Origin: an uncultured bacterium
Lineage (GTDB): Bacteria > JAJVIF01 > JAPKYR01
Direction of reading: 5' to 3'
DNA length: 30,857 nucleotides
Assembly: GCA_965369865.1 (NCBI GenBank)
Contig: CBDURU010000030.1
Coordinates: 1-30,857 of the forward strand
A program made the position numbers and the translations under genes. The stretch's first letter is position 1, and each line of letters opens with the position of its first letter. The notes beneath the pieces are model-generated. The model did no database searches, was not told where the DNA came from, and saw only the letters and a list, made by a program, of their open reading frames with translations. This document shows, in pieces, positions 18,521 to 26,229 of the stretch.

Positions 18521-20431
18521 TTAACGGCCTACGATCAACCTGACTACATCGTTGTAAGCTACCAATGCCGCGAGCATGATAAGAAGCGCGAATCCTGCCA
18601 GATGTATCAGGTTTTCAATTCTCGGCGTAATCACCTGGCGCTTCAGGATTAACTCGGGGATCATGAAAATAATCCGACCACCGTCCAGTGCCGGGAATGG
18701 GAGAAGGTTGAAAATTGCCAGGTTGATGGAAAGGAGAACCATCATGTTGATAAGATCGACAAAACCGCTTGTCGCCGCCTGGTATGTGTAGGTAACTATT
18801 CCGACCGGTCCGGCGAGGTCCTTGATACTCGCTTCTCCCGATATCAACATCCCGAGAGTCATGAATATAAAACTGGTAATATCGACAGCCTTCCTGTATC
18901 CGGTAGCCAGGCTGTTCAGAAAACCCGATGAGAAGTATGTTGTCCTGAAATGCAAGCCTCCGAAGAATACCTTGAGTTCCTTCAGGTCCGATCCTTCACC
19001 GGGAATCGGGACAGTAAAAACTCTCTCGCTGGAATCGGATATTGCGACAATCGTTGTCGATTCGCCGAAATGTTTCTGGAATTCCAGGAACGCGGCGATT
19101 CCGTTCGGTGTCGGGACGCCTGCCACTGACAGAATCTTGTCCCCATTACGTAATCCTGCCTGGTAAAGGCGGTGGGTAAAAGGAAGATTTGTAAGAACCG
19201 GTATGGATGCATCGTCCATGTAGACCTGGATTCGTGAAAAACTGGTGTCGGGCTCGAGATGGGCTGTGTGGGTTCGTCCATCCCGTTCGTAGATCAGGGT
19301 AATAGCTTTCACAGGATCCGCCCTGGACTCTTCAATCTCGGACCAGGTCCTGAGTTCCCCGCCAGCCAGGACGTCACCCGATATCAATCCTGTATCATCC
19401 GCAATTCCCCCCTGAAGAACCTGGGTAATAACATGGTTACCATCATAGAAGAAACCAAACGATGAGTACGTGTTACGATTTATCTCACTGTTAAAATAAT
19501 CAATTTCGATAAATTTCCGCCTGTAATCCCTGTAGACACTTAATTTCATCAGGCCGCTTCCGGAGTCAACCTCGAGCCGGTGGGACGGAAACCTGAGACC
19601 ATCGACTACCAGAAGGATGTCCCCGGGAAGGAGGCCCGCCCTGCCTGAGGGTGATCCGGGTTGGACATGGATAACCGACCCGTCATTCATGTAAATAAAC
19701 CCAAGACGGCAGAAATTGCTGTCCACCAGCCTGAGCTGCTGTGGGATAACCGCTACATCGAACTCCTCGTTGCCTCGAATTCCACTTAAATAAAGCGCTT
19801 CTGCCTGGTTGAACCGAACGGCTCGAAGGAGATCGTCTGTCGATGCCAGTTGGGCGCCGTTCAGGTGGGTAATGATATCGCCGGTCATGAGTCCCGCAAC
19901 ATCGGCAGGACCGCCCGGGATTATATTTCCAAGCTCCGCCGCAGGGTACCCGATAGTAATCCCCATGATGAAAACCATCAGAATCGCAATCAGGAAATTG
20001 GCGGTTGGGCCTGCGATTATAACCCCGAATCGCTGATAAAGCGGACGGTTTACGAACGCACGTGGATCATCCTTCGGAGCGATTGACTCGTTAACTGGGA
20101 TCTGCTTCGGACTTTCGCCATTCTTCGCCTGCTTAGCCGCTTCCTCTGCCTGTTTCTTGAGCTCCTCCTCGTCCTCCACGTCCATTCCGTAAATTTTACA
20201 ATACCCGCCAAGCGGGAAAATATTCAGGCAGTAAGTGGTCTCACCCCTCGTAAATGACCATAGACGCCTCCCGAATCCGACCGCGAATTCATCGACCCTC
20301 ATTCCGGACAGCTTGGCTATTATGAAATGTCCATACTCATGACCGATGATAAGTACGCTCAGGAGTATGATGATTTGCAGTACTCGCCATCCGCTCAGGA
20401 GGATATCAATAATGTTTTGAAGAATTTCCAA
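18521..20431 (-). CDS. rseP: RIP metalloprotease RseP (M50B) with about four PDZ-like domains
   Basis: HEYGH zinc motif, FAVGFG, PLGGYC, AGPTAN, NLLPFPALDGG; directly downstream of dxr. Confidence 0.95.
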   Translation of the reverse strand: MEILQNIIDILLSGWRVLQIIILLSVLIIGHEYGHFIIAKLSGMRVDEFAVGFGRRLWSFTRGETTYCLNIFPLGGYCKIYGMDVEDEEELKKQAEEAAKQAKNGESPKQIPVNESIAPKDDPRAFVNRPLYQRFGVIIAGPTANFLIAILMVFIMGITIGYPAAELGNIIPGGPADVAGLMTGDIITHLNGAQLASTDDLLRAVRFNQAEALYLSGIRGNEEFDVAVIPQQLRLVDSNFCRLGFIYMNDGSVIHVQPGSPSGRAGLLPGDILLVVDGLRFPSHRLEVDSGSGLMKLSVYRDYRRKFIEIDYFNSEINRNTYSSFGFFYDGNHVITQVLQGGIADDTGLISGDVLAGGELRTWSEIEESRADPVKAITLIYERDGRTHTAHLEPDTSFSRIQVYMDDASIPVLTNLPFTHRLYQAGLRNGDKILSVAGVPTPNGIAAFLEFQKHFGESTTIVAISDSSERVFTVPIPGEGSDLKELKVFFGGLHFRTTYFSSGFLNSLATGYRKAVDITSFIFMTLGMLISGEASIKDLAGPVGIVTYTYQAATSGFVDLINMMVLLSINLAIFNLLPFPALDGGRIIFMIPELILKRQVITPRIENLIHLAGFALLIMLAALVAYNDVVRLIVGR

Positions 20432-20507
20432 TTTCTAAGTTCTCACCCAATTATTGGGATGCAAATTAATTATACTCACTTAACCGCGGAGTAACCTATA
20501 ATTAATC

Positions 20508-21692
20508 CTATTTAGTATCACGATTTATCTGAAAAACTTTCGATACACTCTGTTTTACGTGTTCATGAGCCCATTGATCGGCCTGGATTATAGCTTCTTC
20601 AGTTGGCTCCATGACATCGTGATGGTCCAGCGCGGACTGGATCAGGCTCGTAATTGCTGGGAATTTGATCTGCCCTTCCAGGAACATTTTTACCGCTTCC
20701 TCATTAGCTCCACTGAGTACACAACATGCTGTACCGCCTAGTTTCAGCGCTCGCCTTGCAAGGTTCAGAGCGGGGAATTTCTCCAGATCGGGCTCAGTGA
20801 ATTCAAGTGTTCCTTCTTTCACAAGATCGAGCCGCCGTGCGGATGTCGGCCTGCGTTCCCCGCCGAGAAGGGCGTACTGAATGGGAATCTCCATTGTTGG
20901 ATTGGACATTTGAGCCAGCATACTGCCATCGGTAAATTCGACAAATGAATGAATAATGCTCGCGGGATGAATCAGCACATCAATTTTTTCCGGCGGCAAC
21001 CCGAATAGGTAATGTGCCTCGATTATCTCAAGCCCTTTATTTACAAGGGTCGCGGAGTCGATTGTGATTTTCGGACCCATACTCCAGGTCGGGTGCGATA
21101 ACGCCTGGTCGATAGTGATTGACTCGAACCCGGAAATATCAAGATCGCGGAACGGCCCTCCGGAAGCGGTTAAAACCAGTCTTGAAATGCCCTGATGGTC
21201 CATGTTCCCGCCAAGGCATTGGAAAATTGCTGAATGTTCGCTGTCTATGGGCACCAGCGAACCATTCCCATTTTTTAAAAGGTCCGTGATGATGTCCCCG
21301 GCCATCACGAGGCTTTCCTTGTTCGCGAGAAGGACCTCGAGATTCGATCGAAGGGCAGCGAGAGTGGGACAAAGCCCTGCACCACCCACAAGTCCGTTTA
21401 AAACACTCGTGACGCCTGGCCAGGTTGACGCTTCAATCAGCCCCTCCGAACCATGTGCGATTCTGGGAGGTTTTACCTTGCCATGGAGCAGCCGCTTCAA
21501 ATCTGATGCTTCGCCAGGACCGGATACGGATACCAGTTCCGGCTCGAATTCATGTATCTGCTCCGCGAGCTTACCGACATTGCCCCCGCATGCGAGAACG
21601 CTGACCTTCAGTACGTCAGGGTTACGCGCAATGCAATCAAGAGCCTGGGTTCCGATAGAACCTGTCGATCCTAGTATTGAGAGGATTTTCAT
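20508..21692 (-). CDS. dxr: 1-deoxy-D-xylulose 5-phosphate reductoisomerase
   Basis: LGSTGSIGTQ, LANKESLV, PIDSEHSAIFQ, LTASGGPFR, HPTWSMGPKITIDSAT. Confidence 0.98.
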   Translation of the reverse strand: MKILSILGSTGSIGTQALDCIARNPDVLKVSVLACGGNVGKLAEQIHEFEPELVSVSGPGEASDLKRLLHGKVKPPRIAHGSEGLIEASTWPGVTSVLNGLVGGAGLCPTLAALRSNLEVLLANKESLVMAGDIITDLLKNGNGSLVPIDSEHSAIFQCLGGNMDHQGISRLVLTASGGPFRDLDISGFESITIDQALSHPTWSMGPKITIDSATLVNKGLEIIEAHYLFGLPPEKIDVLIHPASIIHSFVEFTDGSMLAQMSNPTMEIPIQYALLGGERRPTSARRLDLVKEGTLEFTEPDLEKFPALNLARRALKLGGTACCVLSGANEEAVKMFLEGQIKFPAITSLIQSALDHHDVMEPTEEAIIQADQWAHEHVKQSVSKVFQINRDTK

Positions 21693-21982
21693 ACGACAAA
21701 CACCGTTGGGTAGCGAGCGACTATGATGTTAACATAAGGCCGGGAGTATTGTCATGCCAACTCCCCGGAATGACAAAATTTAATAGTATATATCTTAAAT
21801 AATGATTATTGAAGCAATAATAAAAAAACCCGGATTAATTTATTGAGAAACCGAGTATCTTGTATTACAATTGCCCCTGTTCCATAGATATGCTGTTTGT
21901 ATGTTAGCATGCCATGTATAAAGGAATTTGAAACGCAATCCTGAATTTGGGTTTAAATTTCAATCAGGAGAAACCATACGAA

Positions 21983-22003
21983 TTATTTGTCTATCTTAAA
22001 TAA
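21983..22003. promoter_or_regulatory. Candidate MarR operator
   Basis: TTATTT-N9-AAATAA inverted repeat about 25 bp upstream of marR; its 3' 12-mer TATCTTAAATAA recurs at 21791-21802. Confidence 0.3.
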
Positions 22004-22026
22004 CCTTTAGCAGGAAGGCATCAGTA

Positions 22027-22476
22027 ATGACCCCACATAAGAAAATGCACGATGTGTCGATTTCAGTCAGCAAACTGACTAGAATCCTGTCCGATTTCGT
22101 TCGACAGGAGATGGTGAAATCCGGCTATCGGAAATTTCATTCCACGACCGCCATGATTCTTCTACCCCTGCTTGAAAAGGAAGGCTTGACCCTGTCTGAA
22201 CTTGCCAGAAACCTCCATATGAAAGCACCCACTATCACCGTGCTTGCCAACCGCCTTGAAAACAAGGGTTTAATTCGACGCCAGCGTGGCACTGAAGACC
22301 GGCGTCAGATGCATCTGTACCTGACCAAAACCGGACTCAACAAGGCAAAGGTCCTTCAGGGTGTCCAGAAAAAAGCCATCCAGCACATGGTAAAGGACCT
22401 GAACGTGGAAGAAGTTTCCATGACCCAAACAACCCTCGCCAGGATTATTAACAACATCCATAGTACATTGAACTGA
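22027..22476 (+). CDS. MarR-family transcriptional regulator
   Basis: LTLSELARNLHMKAPTITVLANRLENKGLIRR..EDRR...LYLT..G winged-helix signature. Confidence 0.93.
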   Translation: MTPHKKMHDVSISVSKLTRILSDFVRQEMVKSGYRKFHSTTAMILLPLLEKEGLTLSELARNLHMKAPTITVLANRLENKGLIRRQRGTEDRRQMHLYLTKTGLNKAKVLQGVQKKAIQHMVKDLNVEEVSMTQTTLARIINNIHSTLN

Positions 22477-22605
22477 TTGTCGGTTATAATACCCTCCAGT
22501 AGCCTGGATGGAAATTCCTTCCAGAGAATCCTGGCGAACTTGAATCTGGACAATTATATACCGATGGCTATTTAGGCCAATTCTATTTGAATTTGTCTGA
22601 ATCAA

Positions 22606-22679
22606 GGGGACATGCCATTTTTCTCCAGTGATAAACCTGACTTTACCATTGCATATCAAGGGAAAAATGCCTTGTCCCC
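22606..22679 (+). repeat. 74-bp hairpin repeat, copy 3
   Basis: Near-identical to copy 2; the upstream 29 nt match those of copy 1 at 23/29. Confidence 0.95.
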
Positions 22680-22704
22680 GATGTTCGCAGGTTTGGAGCG
22701 CCTT

Positions 22705-23376
22705 ATGGTCACAAGACGCGAGCGGGAAAAAGAAGAGCGCCGCAAATATATCCTGAGAAATGCACAGGCCCTTTTTGCCGAGAAGGGGTATCTCGGGACT
22801 TCTATGGCTGAAATTGCAAAAGCAAGCGAATTTGCTGTCGGCAGCCTGTATTCCTTTTTCAAAAGTAAAGATGAGATCCTTGCCACAATCTTCGAGCTCC
22901 ATATCGAAAATGTCCTTGTCGAAGTTACCCGGTTAAAGGATAACGTCAAGCTTGAACCCCGTGAGAAGATCGAAGCATTTCTTGATTCCCTTATTCGTAT
23001 CTATGTTGATAACCAGGATTTCTTCAGGATTTATATCGCCGAAGCACGGGGCGTTGAGTGGGGGGTCAGGACAGAGGTTGGGGAGTTTATCCAGAAGGGT
23101 ACCGATCAGTACATACAAATCCTGAAGGAGATTTTTCAGGAAGCTATCGAAAAGGGTTTTGTAGATCCCGAACTCGATCCTGAATTCCTCGCGCATCTTC
23201 TCCGGTCGTTCGTACACTCGACTGTGATTCATTTTCTTTACAGCAAACGGGATTTAACCATGGATGAGCTGCTTGGTGTTGTAAGGCACATGGTTCTTTA
23301 TGGGATCTGCCGCCGGGAAATTAAAGACCTGGAGCCGGTCGAGGGATTCCGGCTTTTTCCGGATACGAACATTTGA
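22705..23376 (+). CDS. TetR/AcrR-family transcriptional regulator
   Basis: ILRNAQALFAEKGYLGTSMAEIAKASEFAVGSLYSFFKSKDEIL. ATG 22705 has a GGAG RBS; the track start at 22612 lies inside the repeat. Confidence 0.93.
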   Translation: MVTRREREKEERRKYILRNAQALFAEKGYLGTSMAEIAKASEFAVGSLYSFFKSKDEILATIFELHIENVLVEVTRLKDNVKLEPREKIEAFLDSLIRIYVDNQDFFRIYIAEARGVEWGVRTEVGEFIQKGTDQYIQILKEIFQEAIEKGFVDPELDPEFLAHLLRSFVHSTVIHFLYSKRDLTMDELLGVVRHMVLYGICRREIKDLEPVEGFRLFPDTNI

Positions 23377-23400
23377 CAGACGCTAAAAATCTGATATAAT
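23373..23400 (+). promoter_or_regulatory. Sigma70-type promoter of array unit 1
   Basis: Perfect TTGACA (23373-23378), 16-nt spacer, TATAAT (23395-23400); overlaps the tetR stop codon. Confidence 0.75.
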
Positions 23401-23405
23401 CCTTT

Positions 23406-23476
23406 TTGCTTTTAATCAGACATTTCCCTGCACTACCTCCTATATCCCCCACCGCCCGGTGGGGGAGCTCCATTTT
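23406..23476 (+). ncRNA. Putative sRNA, unit 1 (anti-SD motif plus GC hairpin)
   Basis: Downstream of the consensus promoter; ACCTCCT at 23435-23441; hairpin CCCCCACC-GCCC-GGTGGGGG at 23446-23465. Ends approximate. Confidence 0.5.
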
Positions 23477-23866
23477 AGGGGCGCGAACTTTTCGAGCTTT
23501 TTGTGTCTATAAAATAAGATATCGGTCGGAAATATATTTCAGGGCAAAGGGCGATCGATACCTTGACATTACTTTATAAATAATGTATATGATTAGTGAC
23601 TAAGATGATTTTGATCTTAGTACATGAATTTGGCCTTTCCCTGCACTACCTCCTATATCCCCCACCGCCCGGTGGGGGAGCTCCATTTTAAGGGCGCGAA
23701 CTTTTCGGGCTTTTTGTATCTATAAATAAGATATAGGTCGGAAATATATTTCAGGGCAAAGGGCGATCGACACCTTGACATTACTTTATAAATAATGTAT
23801 ATGATTAGTGGCTAAGATGATATTGATCTTAGTACTTAAATTTGGCCTTTCCCTGCACTACCTCCT
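23423..23866 (+). repeat. Tandem repeat with 212-213 bp period (two full units plus a third conserved core)
   Basis: Invariant 19-mer TTTCCCTGCACTACCTCCT at 23423, 23636 and 23848; the intervening blocks are nearly identical. Confidence 0.97.
23596..23689 (+). ncRNA. Putative sRNA, unit 2
   Basis: TTGACA at 23563; 5' stem ACTAAGAT/ATCTTAGT (23599-23621); anti-SD core at 23636-23654; hairpin at 23659-23678. Ends approximate. Confidence 0.55.
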
Positions 23867-23903
23867 GAAAAACCCCCGTCGCCAGACGGGGGTTCCCTAA
23901 TTT
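23808..23903 (+). ncRNA. Putative sRNA, unit 3
   Basis: TTGACA at 23775; 5' stem GCTAAGAT/ATCTTAGT; anti-SD core at 23848-23866; hairpin AACCCCCGTC-GCCA-GACGGGGGTT at 23871-23894. Ends approximate. Confidence 0.55.
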
Positions 23904-23955
23904 AATTACATTCCCTGATAAAAAATTCGTTATACTTACACCTGGTGGCGACAAT

Positions 23956-24546
23956 ATGAGGTTTCTCCTTCTCTTAATAACACTACTCTTCTCCCTGGCC
24001 TGTGCGGTGGGGCCGACTCCGGAACGTGTCGGTTTCAATTACCCGGAAGCCGGTATCAGGTTCAGTCCGCGACGGCATGTGGTGTCCGACACGGTCCGCG
24101 CGAATATCGCATCAACCGAAAATCCCCCCTATTCTCTCGTTTGCCCACGTACGGCTTCCCAGATCGAAAATCCGAATAACAGGTTGCTTATGACCTGCAT
24201 CAGGGGCGACTATTCAAACAATCTGCGGCCATTATTCGATGAGGTCAGCGATCTAAATTATGGAATCGACATACTGTACGAATTTGAGCTGATCGAGGAA
24301 AGAGAAATCGAGTTGCCCTGGTCGGGGCTTGAGACTGGTATCGGGACGCTGAGAATTCACAGGATGATCCCGATTCCCGGTGGTGACGGTCGTTACGCTT
24401 TTTCAATACTTCTCGCGCATTATGGAAATACGTTCGAATTCTCCTGGCGGGACCATGTCAGTGCACCCCCTGATGAAAAGAAGGAAGAGAAATTTTTCTA
24501 CTGGACCCACGGCCTGAGATTTTACGAACCGCAGGTAGAGGAATAA
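23956..24546 (+). CDS. Hypothetical lipoprotein
   Basis: MRFLLLLITLLFSLA-C signal and lipobox; 196 aa with no recognisable domain. Confidence 0.8.
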   Translation: MRFLLLLITLLFSLACAVGPTPERVGFNYPEAGIRFSPRRHVVSDTVRANIASTENPPYSLVCPRTASQIENPNNRLLMTCIRGDYSNNLRPLFDEVSDLNYGIDILYEFELIEEREIELPWSGLETGIGTLRIHRMIPIPGGDGRYAFSILLAHYGNTFEFSWRDHVSAPPDEKKEEKFFYWTHGLRFYEPQVEE

Positions 24547-24594
24547 GGATCAACAAAGGGGACATATCATGATAAAACAAAGCCAAAATCACAC

Positions 24595-24668
24595 GGGGAT
24601 ATGCCATTTTTCTCCAGTGATAAACCTGACTTTACCCATGCGTATCAAGTAAAAAATGCCTTGACCCC
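24595..24668 (+). repeat. 74-bp hairpin repeat, copy 4 (most diverged), at the left edge of the dnd island
   Basis: GGGGATATGCCATTTTTCTCCAGTGATAAACCTGACTTTACC...AAAAATGCCTTGACCCC followed by GATGTT. Confidence 0.9.
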
Positions 24669-24710
24669 GATGTTCCACAAATCCTTTTTCCCTTTTCCAT
24701 GAAATTATCT

Positions 24711-26213
24711 TTAACTGAGTTTAGGGCTCCAACATTTCATTCTTACGATACCGGTTTGGTTTGGAATACGAGCCAGAGCAATGCCAGGTTCCAGGGAGGT
24801 CACTTGCTCCGTTTGTATTTTTCCGCCAAGTAAAGTCTCAACCATTTTTTTCTTATCAACATGACATGCAAAACAAATAGCAAGGCCCATTTCACGGGCA
24901 AAATTATAGCCTCTTTGATCAAAATCATCAGGGGATTGACTTAGCAGCCAGATACTCATTCCTTTTGATCGAACCTCTCTAACCATTGCCTGTAAAGTAG
25001 GTTGCTTGCATGGGAGATAGTTGTGAGCCTCGTCGATTACAATCACCAATTTCATTTTGCGATTACCATCTTTATCTAATCCCGATTCAGGCATTCTCAT
25101 CGCTCGATAATGAAGGGCATCAAGTATTAAAAAAACTGCTAGTTTTCTTGTACCCTCAGGTAATCTGTGAAGGTCGATTATGTAGTTTCCATCCCAAAAA
25201 GGGCATTTTTTTAGTTTTTCAGCTTTCACGAACAAAGGAAAGTCAGCAAGGTCTCGCAATGTAGCTGTTAAGCTGTCGTCGCCCAAACCTTCATCTTCAT
25301 ATCTTGACATCACAAGTGATACAAAATCCTCGAGATCCGGAGCAAAACCATGAGACCAATATAGATCTTGCATGAAATCAATAATCCTCCGTCTCTGTTT
25401 TGGACCAAGTGTAGAAACTACGGAAAGGACAGTGTCATGAAAACGCCTTGCTGCAGACTTCACGCCAATCTCATCTGCAACTTTCCCAAGAGCCAATGGG
25501 GCTATAGGAATAGAATTAGGTCGGTCAGCACTGATAACGGTTGCTTTTGTATCTTTAACGAATTGGCTGTCATCAGCAATGTCACCTTTGGCGTAATCGA
25601 AAATTAGGAATGGTCCCCCTGATCTATCTTTACTAGCTTCGCGAAGCATCCGCAGGGCCAGCCTTGTTTTTCCAGTACCACTTCTTCCCATTATCGCAAC
25701 ATGAGGGGATGAACCTGGTCCATTAAGCACAACATGAACAGGGTCTCCGTTTGATGTGTTTTCACCTGGAATCAAAGAAAATGCATAGTTACCCTCATGG
25801 ATTGGTGCTACTGAACCATCAGGAGATGGTGCTGTAACAAGTGCACGCCCGGCCAGCCGTCGAACCAGCTCATCGGTCCTCTTGCCAGATTTTTCGAATT
25901 CACGTCTTAAGAACCTGACTCCGCGCTCCACATGCAGCTTGACTATTTTCCCCACCTCATCTCTGCCGATCATGTCAGGAACGTGGCGTTCTCGCATCAA
26001 GGCCATAAGAGCCGCACGATGCCTGCCGAAGAACACGTCTTCGGGCATTTCCTGTCCTTTACTGTCCGTGTCTTCGTCATCCGGCAGTGACTCTTGTGAT
26101 AGAGACAATCCAAAGGCTACCCTGCACCACACGTTAGGTCGGACGCCGCCTGACTTCCTCCGCAACATCTCAAGAAACTCCCTCGCTTCGGTACTAGTCT
26201 TGAATAGAGCCAT
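24711..26213 (-). CDS. dndE: DndE fused to a HerA/FtsK-like P-loop ATPase (DndEi-like)
   Basis: ATG 26213 with AGGAGGT at 26221-26227. N-domain FKTSTEAREFLEMLRRKSG..RPNVWCRVAFGLSL...DSKGQEM...FFG is DndE-like; C-domain has PHVAIMGRSGTGKT, IVIDEAHNYL and REVRSKG.SIWLLSQSP. Confidence 0.85.
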   Translation of the reverse strand: MALFKTSTEAREFLEMLRRKSGGVRPNVWCRVAFGLSLSQESLPDDEDTDSKGQEMPEDVFFGRHRAALMALMRERHVPDMIGRDEVGKIVKLHVERGVRFLRREFEKSGKRTDELVRRLAGRALVTAPSPDGSVAPIHEGNYAFSLIPGENTSNGDPVHVVLNGPGSSPHVAIMGRSGTGKTRLALRMLREASKDRSGGPFLIFDYAKGDIADDSQFVKDTKATVISADRPNSIPIAPLALGKVADEIGVKSAARRFHDTVLSVVSTLGPKQRRRIIDFMQDLYWSHGFAPDLEDFVSLVMSRYEDEGLGDDSLTATLRDLADFPLFVKAEKLKKCPFWDGNYIIDLHRLPEGTRKLAVFLILDALHYRAMRMPESGLDKDGNRKMKLVIVIDEAHNYLPCKQPTLQAMVREVRSKGMSIWLLSQSPDDFDQRGYNFAREMGLAICFACHVDKKKMVETLLGGKIQTEQVTSLEPGIALARIPNQTGIVRMKCWSPKLS

Positions 26214-26229
26214 GTGTCTGACCTCCTGT

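Noticed and set aside
23423..23866. Array as minus-strand small-peptide genes or a type I TA locus behind AGGAGGT
   Set aside because: No start codon lies at proper spacing from the SD; the possible peptides are 2-9 aa, not hydrophobic and not conserved among units; the promoters face the plus strand. The U-tract after hairpin 3 on the minus strand leaves some doubt.
23423..23866. Array as CRISPR or a guide array
   Set aside because: The sequences between the 19-mers are near-identical ~194-nt blocks rather than unique spacers, and no nuclease or reverse transcriptase gene is adjacent.
26221..26228. dndE RBS (CAGGAGGT) as a target of the putative sRNAs
   Set aside because: Complementarity is limited to the generic 7-8 nt SD sequence, so it is not specific.
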